A stretch of 63,996 nt of DNA, counting the filler, from Dirinaria sp. TL-2023a (Eukaryota), in NCBI GenBank assembly GCA_051941275.1. It is 5 parts of 5 records of this genome, joined end to end, with 100 filler letters (N's around TTAATTAATTAA, not from the genome) between each part and the next. Parts side by side here need not be neighbours in the genome. Positions count along the whole stretch, not along the records: positions 26,447 to 39,560 come from JAVEBF010000712.1; positions 39,661 to 52,765 come from JAVEBF010000713.1; 3 more parts are not named here. One strand, written 5' to 3'. The notes under the pieces were generated by a model that did not search any database, was not told the DNA's origin, and worked only from the letters and a program-made list of their open reading frames with translations. Each line of letters opens with the position of its first letter. Position 1 is the first letter of the stretch. Position numbers and translations under genes: made by a program. Shown here piece after piece: positions 26,655 to 40,238 of this stretch.

Positions 26655-27319
26655 CTTGAAGGTATTCTCGGTGTTGCAAGTCGTGCTGAAGTACTCCGTA
26701 AAGACTGCAGAACCGTGGTCTTTGGCCGTCGTGATGAATGTGGGATGCCTCGCTTAGCGGATCGGGGTTAGTGCTTTTCTCTCGAGTTTAGGTGTGATTC
26801 GGATAGGACTGTTTAGGGTTGCGAGAGGGTTTGTGCAGTGGCTTGGTCTTGCAGTTACTGCTTGGGTATGGAAGATTTAGAGCTTTTTATAGTGGAGGCT
26901 TTTTTTTTTTTTTAGAGTTCTGGATCTTGGATTGTTATTATTTACAAGGGGATTGATTCTGTAAGAATCTGTAGGCTAAAAGGGTTCTCGGAGAAGAGGA
27001 GAAACGGTTTGGATAGATTTAGTCTGCGAGATACAGAATGTCAGACATTGATGTAGCCAAGACAAGGCCACCGGATCTGCTTGAACAGTGTACACATATA
27101 TCTATCCTGTAAGTAGTATTCGAGAACACTGGTTCAGACTTGTTTCGCCATTGCTCATGCGATGATCCTGTTGAAGCCGCATGCACAAATTGCTATTACC
27201 GTGCGCGATCAGTTTTTCCAGAAGAGATCAGCAGCTCATCTGCTTAAGCCAGCACTACCATAAATTGATTACCAAACTGTAAAAAGCATATACATCGCAA
27301 AAATAGAACATAATTGGAA

Positions 27320-27401
27320 TGCGAGCTGTGAGGTTCGAACTCACGCATCTTTCGATAGTAGAGCTTAAATCTACCGCCTTAAACCACTCGGCCAAACTCG
27401 C
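27320..27401 (-). tRNA. tRNA-Leu (anticodon UAA), intronless, long variable arm
   Basis: Reverse complement GCGAGTTTGGCCGAGTGGTTTAAGGCGGTAGATTTAAGCTCTACTATCGAAAGATGCGTGAGTTCGAACCTCACAGCTCGCA; A and B boxes present; T5 Pol III terminator just downstream. Confidence 0.95.
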
Positions 27402-27604
27402 GATTTTTGATACACGATGTTATTATAATATATATTCACTTTATTAAGAAAGTGATCGAAACACCATGTAATCTACATTACCTAATGGTTGGGAGATGCT
27501 TTAGACGTCAAATAACCGGAGATTGTGTCCTATCGAGTATATTGGTCTACTCTATGGTGATATTGCTGAGTGGGTCGATGATCTCCAAGTCCTGCTTTGC
27601 ATTT

Positions 27605-28683
27605 CTAGAAACCCTTGCCTAATCGTATCGTCTCTCCCCCGCCATACCACACAGTTCCTCGTCTGCAATCCAGTCCCTTCTCATCGCCCACAGTCCATTC
27701 CCCTCCAAGTGCGATCCCATAACCCTCAATAGGCCAGTATTCTCTCTCCAACCATGCGTTGATCTCCTCAATCCTCTCGACCAGCTTTTGAACCTTCAAA
27801 CCGTCGACCTGCCCCTGCTCACCGTCTCGCGCTATGTCCTGTTGCGTGATAAACCTGCCAATTGTCAGATGCGCAGAAGGAACAGTGTACCGGCTTGCAA
27901 TCGTGACTCCAGTCTTGGTGCATATCTCGTAAAGGTCCCTTCGTAGGTGATGATACGTGTAGCCATCCGCTTCTTTTTCCCGTCTCCCCCCCATCCCTTC
28001 CCCTGCCGCCGGCACGAAGCTTAGGGCGAGAGCTGAGCTGTCATAGCTTAGCATCGGCTTCACAAGACGGGCACGGTGAGTATCAGTGTAGTCCGTTATA
28101 TGCGGAATCTTGGCTTGCAGGGTGGAAACGAGGGAGTCTATCTCGGAAGCGGAGACGGAGTGCGTGATCTCAAGGGCGGTCATGTGGAGAGAGCCGAGCG
28201 GCATCAGCCAAAGACCTTACTGAAGACGTCAGAAGCTATACGTACAATATGAGAAGTGTGCTCACGTGGAGTTGCATCACGAAGCTGCTCCTGGATCGTG
28301 CTGATCAGAAGTCTTAGATGTTCGGGCGGGCGGGCCCAGAAAACGAGACAGTGCCTGGTGTCTATCGAATTGGGATCCTGAGGCTCATTGACCAGTTTAT
28401 GGAGGACGGGATCGATACTGAAGCCAGGGAAGTCGGGGGAGAGAAGTTCGGTCTTTTGCTTGGTATTGCGGGCACTGCGATGAGTCTGGTAGCGGGATTG
28501 GATTTGAGTCTAAATGGTATTAGAAAGATTCCTGATGTAGCTACTACATTGAAAGTCACCCACCGCGTCATCTTCGCAAGCTTGGATCAAAAGATCGTAA
28601 GGGTTGGAGGAGCTTGAGCTTGGTGTCCCAGATAGGTCCTCGAACACATTGCGCCGAACTGGTAGAGATGGATCAGTTGGCAT
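27605..28683 (-). CDS. 2H phosphoesterase (RNA ligase/cyclic nucleotide phosphodiesterase-like) fungal protein
   Basis: Three exons (introns about 28510-28563 and 28216-28266). DTRHCLVFWARPP and two HxT motifs: WLMPLGSLHMTALE and SAHLTIGRF. Confidence 0.8.
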
Positions 28684-31345
28684 CGGAGGGACTCTTCTAT
28701 AGTGCAAGATATCTACGTGAGGAAAGGGTGAATGTGGAAAAATTTCTGGTCACAATTGTATAATCTCTAAGAGAAGTATGGGGGCTATAGAGGTGCAAAG
28801 TTTCCTATAGCAAGCCGCCACTTCCCACAGGGAGTTGATCTCGCCGCGAAGCGGTTTCCCTGGATATACGTACAGCTTCTGAGAGCCTCAAGAGCTTGCT
28901 ATGGACCAACTTAGGCTTTGGAGTTGCGACAGTATTGAAGAGAGTTGGATAGCACCTTTCAAGCATGAAGTCTGATGTCTGCATTTGAGAATATGAATAT
29001 AGAGTTAACCGCGATAGCCGCTAGGCGAGGCGGCACAGAAGCCGATTGGAGGACTAAGCCAGCGGGAATCATAATAACCTCGCACCACCGCGCCTCCTAA
29101 TTTCCCTATTTTGGGTATCTTCAGCTTGTGAGACATCGTTTGCACTTGCCTCTGACTCGTCTATGCTGCTGTATAGCTGGTGGTCGTTGCTATCCTTAGC
29201 TGTGCTGTATACACTTTGGTCTCCCCTAGCTCTGTACAGTATAACCAAGAATAGCCAACTGCCATCGTTCCAAGAAGACGAACCGGCCCTGATTGGCCTT
29301 GGTGGAAAGTGGCGACAGTTGGTCCGTTCGTGTCGCCTCCTGCTGTCACTGTCTAGCCATCCTGTTTATGATTGACTGATGGGAGGCTGTCCCTAGCGAT
29401 GGGAAATCCTGATATGCATCCGTCGCTCACTCGAGTAGCCGGCCTCCGTTGGATGGCCTGCGGTTGTGGTGGCAATCAAGGTAGACCGTTTTATTCTCCG
29501 GTCCATGTCCACTCAGCCATCAAGGTTCCAACTGACTGTGTGCAGACCACCTGCGGCGTCATACGTGTGTACAATGGAAATCTGCAAGTACTTGTTGTCC
29601 ATCTTAAAGTCAACATATGGAATACTGCGAGGTCCTTTGTTGATGAGAGCAGCGTCAGGTAAGTTCCTCTGCTTCTAGCAAACGGCGGCCTGAGTGGAAG
29701 CCTCCATCACCTGTGATTTGCCTTAAGGTTCCTGCCTCCTGCTGTGGGGAGGAGAGTTCTTCATGCCACGGTCCTCGCCATGGATACATTATCTGAGTCC
29801 TCAGACGGTGGCTTTAGGCTAGCCTCAACCCGAAATAGAAGAGTACAGGCCACATTAGTCAGTTGTAAGTCTTCTCTTGAGAGGCCGCTAAAAGCTTTAC
29901 AGTCTGCTAGACACATATTGACCTGGAGCGTCGCTGCCCGGTGCCCTTCCACAGCCATGGTTCTGCCGCAGAGGTAGGAAGGCCTATCGATGCTCGCTTT
30001 CAAGTGAAAGTGGTTTGAAAGCACAGGAAGACGGGACGACCACGGGGATGAGCAAGCAAGTATGTAAGCAGCCTGCGGTACGGAATGGTAGGTAGGTAGG
30101 TCTGCTAAGGAGTCCTCGAAAGGGATGGCTTTAAATTTTTTTCCGTTCATTCCTATGACTCTGTTATTAGTCAATATTCAAACTAAAGTTTGAAAGGTCT
30201 CTCTTTATATTGCTGAGCTATGACTACCGCAGAGTGGAAGCATCCGCCTCAGAATAACGGAAAGTCAAATCCTTGGATCCTTGGTTTCTTACTTACGGTC
30301 TTTGCACTCTTGAGACGGGCGGATATGTCCGTCTGTATTTGTCTCCCTTTAAACCTCTACTATAGAGTAGTGTACGGGCTTATCACTCAACCTCCTTGTA
30401 TGTCTTCATCGAAGGGTACCCTTTAGTGCTGACTGTCGAGCTGTCTAGCTAGAAACTTTGTTGTCTGTTCCATTACGGGGTTAAGCTCTCTATATATCAG
30501 TTCTGTTTCGTACCGTAAGAGTCAGGGCTTACTGCAGGATCAAAAAGGTAGCCTCTGCGGCTGATGGATGTCTACCATCATAGCAACACGGCAAAGGGAT
30601 CGAGCTCGAGCCTGCTCTTTCCCAAAGCAATTCTGCCAGGAGTTCCACCCGGTGTATCAGCGATGCAAGACTCTAAGGATTTAGGAAATCCTTTGCCGCT
30701 ATTCTAACTGCCGTGTTAAGAATTAAACATCTTGCTGATCAACTGCTAATGCCAAAGGTTGTCGGCTATGCCATTTCAAAGGCAAGAGGGTTGTTAAGCG
30801 AGCTTACTAGCTCGATTTAATTGTCAACATCACGCACAACTCTCCTCCCTCCCTAGCTTCTCTCCTCTTCACCCACCGCTCCCACTTCTCATCTATTATT
30901 ATCTCCTAAGTTAGCAACGAGACACACCTAAGCTCGCAAGGAAGGTCAATATCGTGAGCTCATATCCCTATTCAACAACGATCGTGTAAGTCAAGCTTTC
31001 CTAGCGCACATTGCTCTGCCTGAAGCACTTCATTTTCCAAGATCAACGCGTGCTCCAGCCCCGCGCCGCGTCTCCCCCTCCCCCCGCAGCCCATCCCACC
31101 TCAAGGTTACCCAAGGCACGTTGTTTCTAGTGCTGAAATCTGTACTTTGGAAGTCTCAACAAAGCCACTAACACCGTCGACAGTGATTTGTAGCGCAAAC
31201 GGTGCGTGCCGGTCGTGCCATCACGCGTCTCGGATACCAACCCCAATCCATCAATCTTGTTTTTAAACCTGTTTCATCAAATCACCATACTTCTTCACTT
31301 GATATCTCTATTTTCTTCGCGGCATTAGCCGTTTCGAACGACATT

Positions 31346-34300
31346 ATGCCTCCCACCCTGCGGCTCCGGCCGCAATTTGACTACAACGACCTATCTCGAT
31401 ATACCGAGATTGGCGAGCTGTCCATGCCCATCAATGGTGATGGCGACGATGGGAGTGAATACGAGGGAGTAGCTGATCATGATAAAAACGCGGGTGATGG
31501 CTTTACTAACTCCAAGTCTCCGCCTCCAAACAATAATGGAGCCAAACGGAAGCGGGCGGGATCGCCCTCAGCAAAGCGAAAGCGGAAGACTCCCCATCGC
31601 GAGCCCGAAACCGTGCAAGGGTCCAGCATTCAAGATGTTCCCGCTCAAGATGCGCCACAGGAGAATTCCCGATTACAAGACAGTGCTATCTTCGAGGAGC
31701 CGATCGAAGATCCTGTCGATGATTTGCCTATGGTTGACACTATGGAAGGTACATTCAGGGATGATCGTTCTGCCGATCATATCAATCAAACTGGCCCAGC
31801 AGCCATCACTCCATCACCAGCAGCCATAATTCCAAGACGATTCGCCACTATCCTTCCACCTCGTCGTGACTACCAGGATACAGAAACTAGGTTAGCTGCG
31901 ACAAAAGACATAATACTCAAACGTAAGCAGGCCAACGGCTCACGAGTGGTTTCGGTGCGTTCGTCGGTGGACACGAAAGAGCGTGGGTTAAGCAGCAAAA
32001 TCGATGAAAGATTACGTCCCATATCGAAGGTCGGCGACATGTTCTACGACATGGTCAGTAATGCTTTAGGCCTGGGATTGCAGGAAGCAGTAGAGACGCT
32101 CTGGGGAAAAACCACGACATTTGCCACTATGTGTAGTGGTACAGAGAGCCCACTGCTGGCAATGAAAGAGATCCAGCGAGGTAAGTTCTCTACAATGTTC
32201 GTATACTGAAGCTAACGAAGAACAGCTCTGCAGGAGATGTTTCCGCGGCTCCGGCCAAGAAACCTGTTGCACATGGATCACGCTTTCAGCGCTGAGATAG
32301 AACCCTTTAAACAGGCTTATATCGCTCGTAACTTTCCCTCAACAACGATTTTTAGGGACGTCCGCGAGCTTGCGCTCGATCAATATGCCAGCACGGTACA
32401 CGGGTCCGGACAAGCCGTACCACTAGATATCGACATTTTGGTTGCTGGGTTTTCCTGCGTAGACTTCAGTTCGCTGAACCAACACAAGAAGGGTACAATG
32501 TCCGAGTATGGCGAGTCTAGCGCCACATTCAAGGTACATTGAGTCACATCATCATCACTACTCATAAGAAGCTGACCGAATGATTCCCCTAGGCGATAAT
32601 AGATTACGCAAAGAGATCCGAGGTGAAAGCGGTCATCCTGGAAAACGTCGTTGGAGCTCCATGGGCACAAATTCTAGCCATCTGGCAAGACGATGCGGCT
32701 CATTTAGTCTCGAGCGTTCCTTGGATCGAAGGTTACTGGGGTGAACATGCAGGTTTTGCATGTGCGTGGGTCAAAGCGGATAGTAGGAATTATTACATCC
32801 CGCATACCCGATCCCGAGGCTACATGATTTGCCTGAACAAGGAAATAATACCAAATGCCGAGCATCTAGTCCAGCAATGGAGCAAGATGATGGAAAAACT
32901 TAGGCGTCCGGCCAGTTGCCCAGTCGAATCATTCCTCCTTGCAAAGGACGATATCAGGCTGATCAATGGACGCGAACAAATGATTCGAGATGGTCGAAGC
33001 TCCGACAAACCTGTTGCAGAAATAAACTGGGAGCTAAGCCGCGCCCGCCACTCGGACTTCCGTGACTCTAATTGCCTTGGCGTGGGTCGGCCTATAACAC
33101 ATTGGGTTGATGGTGGTTCCTGCAAGCCAGTCGAATACTGGGACCATCGGTGGCACAAGGGGCAAGTCGAACGCATCTGGGACAGCCTGGATATCAACGT
33201 TTTGCGCGCCCTCCGTAGGTACGGCATGGACTGGTTATACAAATCGCGCATTGTCGACATATCACAGAACATTGACAGATGTCTTGACACTCACCCGTTT
33301 GGAGTTGTTGGGTGCCTAACTTCCACCGGAATCCACTGGCTTACCACACGCGGAGGTACGTACTTATGTGAGCCCAGACCAGAAATTGGAAATAACGTTA
33401 GTCATTAGGTCCACTTCTCGGAAGAGAGGCTTTGATCCTGCAAGGGTTGCCTGTCGATAGACTGATTTTAAGCCGCGAGACCGAAAAAGAGCTCCTCGAC
33501 TTGGCGGGTATATGCTCCCCTTTCGCGTTCTTCTCACTTAGCAGTTCTTCTTTGCGACGGGTCGTGCTAATTCTTTGGATCATGCTTAGGGAACGCTATG
33601 ACCTCTACGGTCGTAGGAGCTGCACTAATTGCTGCAATCACCGTGGCTTGCAAGCATATTGGGCACGACAATAGCGGAGAGGAGCCAACTCGCGAGCAAT
33701 CGCAAGTTCAATTTAGCAAGCAGGCTTTGAAGCCTCGTCGGCCATTAGACTTTGCTATGACTCTACCATTTACAACTTCCGCGTTGGTGAAGCGGGCCAA
33801 ACAGGCAGCGTCCTTATGCCTCTGCGAAGGTCCAGATCACGTCACTACTCGTCTGATCCGAGAATGCCGAAAATGCTACCACACGACCTGCGAGCAGTGT
33901 GGCGGGAATCCTGAGCATTATTATGGCCCCTACAAAATTGGCAAGGAACTACAGCGAATTCATCCACGGATATTCGAGTACCAGATAAAGAAGGTGCTTC
34001 CTACGCGGATTCGGTTAACCAACATTGATATCAAGTCTTTAGCAAGTGTTCAGACTATGCACCATGATGATATCTGGTCAAGCATCCTCTCCAACTTCTA
34101 CCATTCCGGCACTGAGGACCTTCGGTTCCGATCAATCGTCCGTAATAACAAATGGACAGTGTCTTGGAGCTCATCATACTACCGCATGGACTTAATCCTT
34201 TTTGGAGAAAAAGCCACTTGGTTCTTATACGCACTCCCGGAACCCTCCGAGCCGGCCGCAAGCCGCAAACGAAAGACACTTGCGTCACCGATAGCTCGTA

Positions 34301-37300
34301 TGGAGCCTCAGAATGACGATATCATGTCAGGATCGTGGCACATTAGGGTGCCTCCAGCAGAACCTCTAAGGATCAAGATAATAGGCCGGGGGAATAGGGT
34401 CCCCGCTTGGGAAGCAACGCTCGGCCTTACTGAGTCGCGTTTCGCGGATCAGAAACTCAATGAAGAGTTGTCAATCACCCTCGCAAAGCCTGGGTATGAC
34501 CAATGGTTTGAAAAGGAAATATCCGGGGAATATGAGCTGCTTGCCGATTGTGACACAGCCAATCATAGTCTGTACAAGCGGCGTTCTGTCAACGAGCAAG
34601 CTGAGCCGCTGTTTCTCTTTCTCGATCCACATCCGTACGGAAACCCAGAGCGGGATTACTTTGTCTTTGCCAGAGAGAAGGGCCGATTAGACTATCGCGA
34701 GCGGCGACATATCCTTGCACGGTTGAGCACGAAATGGCAGCCAACAGCACTGTCCGAGGAGCCGGTCAATTGCTTCGTCGATTCTCATTGGACTCCCGTA
34801 GCAGCTGATTTCGAGCCCTTCATCGGCACTGGCAGATCTGATTTTGCTGTGATCAAACCTTCATTCACTCCAAATATTGCTTTCGGGATTATTGCATCAG
34901 CTGAAGAAGCCAAAGTCGCTGCAGAAGCATTAGTCCTGCAGCCGGAAGAACGAGAGGAAGATCCTGAATTCGAAGTAGCTGAAGAATATGACGATGAAGG
35001 AAGCGTTTCATCAATCGACGGAGACGACGAAGAGATCACTTCACCAGTCGACGAACACAACGAAGAGATGATTTCGTCAGCCCAAGGAGAGGATCGAGGA
35101 ATCCATCCATCAGCCGAAGAGGTCAAAGCATTGAATGCGTGCGCGAATGGAACGTTCAACGTTATGAGTTGCAGTGTAACCGTAGACGAAGAGAGCTTTG
35201 CAGAGTTGAAAGGCGCACAGTGGACCACTGTGCAACCGCCGGATTACCATGCTGTACTCGCTAAGCTCTCGTTTATGACAAATCGAATCAGCTCGTTGGA
35301 CGATTTCCGCTCTCATTGGCGGCCGTTAGCATTGCCTACTCGGATTCGGAAGTGCCCTGCTTGCGCTCCGAAACATCCAGAGCTGAAATGGCAAGCAAAG
35401 GGACGGGGTAAAAACTCATGGCGAATAGTTCCTTACGAGGACGAATATCAGGCCGCTCTGTACGAAGAGAAGATGCGGGGTCGCCCTAATACTGTTTCGC
35501 TCCAGATCTGTAGAGGCAATAATCACGTCGTCAACTTGCGCGTTGGGATCAATGCTGCCGCTCTCGCGCACCAAGCGCTTGCTATTCTTCAAGGTTCCGA
35601 CGATCCCTCTGAATCGACTCCTGAATTTTGCACCGCTCAATGGAGACTTGACGTGCGCTATCAGCACTATCAAAAGCCAAGCCTGCGGATGTTCCAGCTC
35701 TCACACAATAGGCGCGATCGTCAATCCGACCACCTCTTCCAGCGGCAAGTTCATTCAGAGGACGAATTTCTGGTGGTCAAGCCGTCCGACCAGCTGCGCC
35801 CAGAGCAGACACGTTCTTTGGGGTGGATGATCAGCCGAGAAGATGAGTTCGCATCTCCCTTCCTTCGGCAAGAAGTCGTAGAACGTTTCATCCCTGAGAT
35901 CGGCTTTCGCGTCGAGGCCCTAGCTCGGCAGAGCAGCTCGTCCGCTAAGGGTGGCGTCTTGGCAGATCAAGTGGGTTACGGCAAGACGGTGACGGCTTTA
36001 GGGCTCATCGACGCGCAAATGCGTGATGCGATGCGATATGCAAAGAATGAGCCATGTGTTGGTCAAATTCCCACCAAGGCCACGCTGATAATAGTGCCTG
36101 GAACGCTCGTGAAACAGTGGCAGCAGCAAGCTGAGACGTTCCTAGGCTGCAAATTCAACGTTGTGACTGTGACCTCCATGACACAGTTGAATTCGCTCTC
36201 CGTCCGAGAGATACAGGAAGCCGGAATCGTCATAGCCTCTTGGACCTTGTTTTCGGGTGACCGATACACAGAGCGGGTTGCCTATCTTGCTGCGCTGCCG
36301 CCCGGCCCACCGGGAAAAACTGGTGGCCGGCCGTTCGAAACTTGGTTGAAGAAAGCGTCGACTGATATGTCCAAGACACTCGAAGAGATGAGGGACTACG
36401 AGAGCCGTCAAAAGCTTGGCTCGTATGTGAAAATTCTCAATGATCGCGTTGCAGCCAATGAGGAGAATCCCGACCTCATTCGGCGCCTCCCCACCAGGCG
36501 CCACAAGGGCGCCCGCTTCAACCTCGAGAACAAGCGCTTCCAGGAGAAACGGAGCGCCAAGACTGCCGAGGCTGATGGCGTTGAGAAAACAATTGCCAAG
36601 AATGCGAAAGTGCAGCTGTCGGATAACGTATTCAAATGGAAGACTTGCAAAGGGAAACTGCAAAATCTGACCGGTCTACCATTGCATGCCTATCGCTGGG
36701 ATCGGATCATCGTGGACGAGTATACTTATGTCGGAGCCAGCTTGTATCAGTCCATCACTACTATCCGATCGCGCTATCGATGGGTTCTATCCGGCACGCC
36801 GCGCATCAATAACTTCGCCGATGTCAAGGAGCTGGCCGGCTTCCTAGGCCTTGATCTGGGAGTCGATGATGATACGCCTGCGTCGATGAGTGCTACCGCC
36901 ATGAAGCGATTTCGCGCCGAGAGAAGCTCGGCCGAGACCTTCCGGGCGTTTAACGACGTCCACTCGCACGAGTGGTACGAGCAGCGCTCCGCGCATGCCC
37001 AGCGGTTCCTGGACATGTTTGTGCGACAGAACCGGGCGGAGATCGAGGAGATCCCGTCCGAGGTAATCGTCATCGTCGTTACGCAGACTCCCGTCGAGCG
37101 GGCGCAATACCTGGAGCTGGAGCAGCAGCTCCGGGGCCAGGATATGCGAATCGTCAAGATGGGCAAATCCAAATCGAACCAGGCGCAGGCCTCGCGCCTG
37201 AGGCTCCTCTACAATGGGAGCACGACGGCGGAAGAGGCGCTGCTCAAGGCCGCAGCTTGCAGTGACTTCAAGGATTGCACGGCTAGAACGCCGGATGCCG

Positions 37301-38906
37301 CTTACCGCCACCTCCTCATACAGCGCAGCATGCATATGTCCAAGTGCAAAGACGAAATGGCCAAGCAGTTCAAGAAAGCAATCTGGCTGCTGCACAGATG
37401 CAGCAAAGATTTCCCCGACGTCCATTTTGAGAAGTTCCGTGTCAACGTGGAGAATGGGGTCTATGTTGGCGACGAGGACACAACCCAAATCATTTTGGCC
37501 GCCCTTGCAAAAGCCGAGAAAGACTATGACGCGAAGGATGGTCAGGATTTCTTTTTGGAGCAGAATGAATACGAGCAACTTGTGAAGGATGAATCGAACA
37601 AATTGAAAAAAGCTCGTGCAGAGCAAAAAGAAAAGATGAAGGAAGCGGCCAAGGCAAAAAAGGCCGAAGCGGCTCTGGCCAAGAAGAGTCGTAAGCAGAA
37701 AAATCCAGAGGTCGATGACCAATTTGAGCCAGAATACCTCGACAATGAGGAACCTGGCTTGGAGAGCGAGCACGGGAGTGACTCGGAGGCCGAAGACGTG
37801 AGCGACTCGGAGGTCGAAGAGAGAATCAGGGCCGAAAATGAGGCAATGGAGAACATTCAGGCTGACATCGATAAAGAAGTCTTCCCAGTCACGGCGGAAC
37901 AGGCAAGAGATCGGCTGAGGTCGTTGACTGCACAACTCCGCAGAACTGTTCGAGAATATGTCGAACTAATTCGAGGTGCTCGGTACTTGCTCGCAGTGCG
38001 CCATCTCCAGCAGGCTCAAATGCCGGGATCCAGCATGTCATGCCGATGCGTGTGCTGTGGCAAAGAAATTTCCGACCTTGGAGAGATGGCCGTCTTGGGC
38101 AAATGCGGTCACATGGCATGCGCCAATTGTCTGAACAAGAGGGGCAAAGAAGTGAAATGCGTGGAAAAGGACTGCCAGGCGCCTGCTGAAAGCCACCATA
38201 TCCACTATGCCCGGAACCTAGGCGTCGAAAATTCCGACAAGGTCCGATTTGGCTCCAAGATCGACGCCGTCATTGCCCAGATCAGGAGGATTCCCAGAGA
38301 CGAGCAGGTTCTGGTTTTTGTACAGTGGGCTGACGTCGGCCATATCCTCGAAGAGGCGTTCAAGCAGCAGAACATTGATCATTATTCGCTTTTGCACCCT
38401 CAAGAAAAAACTCGGACACGAGACCTGGATGCTTTCCGAAATTATTCAGTTCCTCCATCAAAGCCAGCGCCCAAGGGATTCAAGCCCAAGTACAGACAAG
38501 TGCTGCTTTTGAACTCCTCCGATGAGTCTGCAGCCGGAGTGTAAGTGTCTTCTTTGCTCTCTCACTTCCATTAGCTAACCTATTCTGTCTCAGGAATCTG
38601 ACCGGAGCGAATCATGTCATCTTTGTCTCGCCGCTCCTTGCGGAAACACAGCATTCCTACAATCAGTCATTCACTCAATGTGTTGGACGTGCCCGGCGCT
38701 TTGGTCAGCAGAAGACGGTGTTCGTGTATAAGTTCGTTGCCCTCCATACTCAGGACGTCGATGAGTATCAGGAGAGACTGCAGTGCCGGCTGCTGAAGAG
38801 GGACAACAAGTGGATCTTCGAGCTCGAGAACAAATTGACCGAAGAGGAAGATGCAAACAACAAATGGGGCACCGGTTTTGTCAGGAAGAATGCTCTAGGC
38901 GACTAA
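31346..38906 (+). CDS. DMT5: DNMT5-type DNA (cytosine-5) methyltransferase fused to an SNF2 ATPase with RING finger
   Basis: MTase motifs: ATMCSGTESP (I), FSAEIEPFKQAYI (II), DILVAGFSCVDFSSLN (IV), VILENV (VI), YIPHTRSRGY (VIII), DLAGNAMTSTVVGAA (X). SNF2: GGVLADQVGYGKT, IIVDEYTY, WVLSGTP, RING C..C..CGH.AC..C, GSKI, SAAGVNLTGANHVIF, QCVGRARRFGQ. Introns approx. 32181-32225, 32534-32592, 33356-33408, 33508-33589, 38540-38593. Confidence 0.92.
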
Positions 38907-39560
38907 GATTAGGTGTCTCTCAAGAGAGCGAGAAGGTCAGCTGTGGTGGTGGATGCTAGACTGTCAAATCTTTTTTTTTTTCCCTCCTATTCGGTCTTCC
39001 TCAAGCACACACACACACAGAAAGATGTCGAAGCGGATTGTATTCTTTTGTCGATCCCCAAATTGTCATCTGGATGAGATGTGGAAAGGCCGGCTTCGGA
39101 TCGCTGCTGGAGGTCAGTGCGAATGCTTCTGATGGATTGCCGGGTTCACTTTTTCTTGTTCTTCTTCTTCTACTACTACTGTGGTTTTGTTGAGAGCATG
39201 TTGCATTTACATCAAAAGTCTTTACAGCTTGCACCCACACACACACATGCATGCATGTACTTTTAGCTTTGCTTTGCTTTGCTACAAACAGAAAACTCGA
39301 TAGAAAAATAATCCCAAAAAGATTAAAAAAACCAAAAACACCCTTCACCTTAACAATTGAAGCCGTGCCTGAAACTCAGTATGAATGGCCCAATTTTTCC
39401 CCCAACGATATTGAAAATCCTACTTGCTCCCTCCAATCTCCTTTTCTAGCATCGTGAGCATGAATGGCACGACTTTGAAGTAGTTACCTTTCCTGTCTAA
39501 TGGAGAAGTATAGCGGGATTATGTAAGGGGTGTGGTGCGAGGGAAGGTTTACTGCTGGAT

Positions 39561-39660
39561 NNNNNNNNNNNNNNNNNNNNNNNNNNNNNNNNNNNNNNNN
39601 NNNNTTAATTAATTAANNNNNNNNNNNNNNNNNNNNNNNNNNNNNNNNNNNNNNNNNNNN
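39561..39660. other. Artificial contig linker
   Basis: Same spacer. Confidence 0.97.
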
Positions 39661-39815
39661 GAGCCTGAAATATGTATAATTTCGTCGCAAGACTTATGCG
39701 CCTACACCATGAACACAACGTTAGCTGGTGATGCTGCCTTGGGCTTGGATCTAGGAGGACCCAGGCGGTTCTACATGTGGGTGAGGAGTTGATTCATGAT
39801 GCGTTTTCTTGATAG

Positions 39816-40238
39816 TCCCTCTTCGAGTCGGGAAATTCTGTATCCTCTACCCTCGTCAAAAATCACACTGAGTATCATCCCCGACAAAGAAAACCGATCA
39901 AACCTGAAATCGTCGATGCCTGTCTCTCCAACGCTTTAGCGAAGTCAGTCGATCAATATGATCAGACTTCAATTGTAGAGAATGTGCTCAGAAAAGAATT
40001 ATCTGCAGCTGAAGAAGTGGTGTTCGGAATCATCGGTGGAATCTTCTATGATGAGCTGACATGGGCGGATGTCGTGTCAGTCTTGGAAGGTTTACGTCGA
40101 TTTATTAAAGAGCAGGGAAAATGCTGTGTTTTGACGGTTTATTTGGATGATGAGAGAACACATGAGCTAGGAGAGGCTCATGTGAGCTTTGTGAGTGCTC
40201 ACTTCGAGGAAGAGCTTAATGCTCGCGGACTTACATAA
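39816..40238 (+). CDS. 3' part of a hypothetical protein, possibly frameshifted near 39880
   Basis: YPLPSSKITLSII in one frame, then PIKPEIVDACLSNA...LTWADVVSVLEGLRRFI...LGEAHV in another. Resembles, from memory, a small-protein family expanded in lichen fungi. Confidence 0.35.
   Translation, partial: SLFESGNSVSSTLVKNHTEYHPRQRKPIKPEIVDACLSNALAKSVDQYDQTSIVENVLRKELSAAEEVVFGIIGGIFYDELTWADVVSVLEGLRRFIKEQGKCCVLTVYLDDERTHELGEAHVSFVSAHFEEELNARGLT

Noticed and set aside
16644..38906. An epigenetic gene cluster formed by the SNF2-PHD ATPase and DNMT5
   Set aside because: The two genes sit on different contigs separated by an artificial linker, so their proximity is an assembly artefact.
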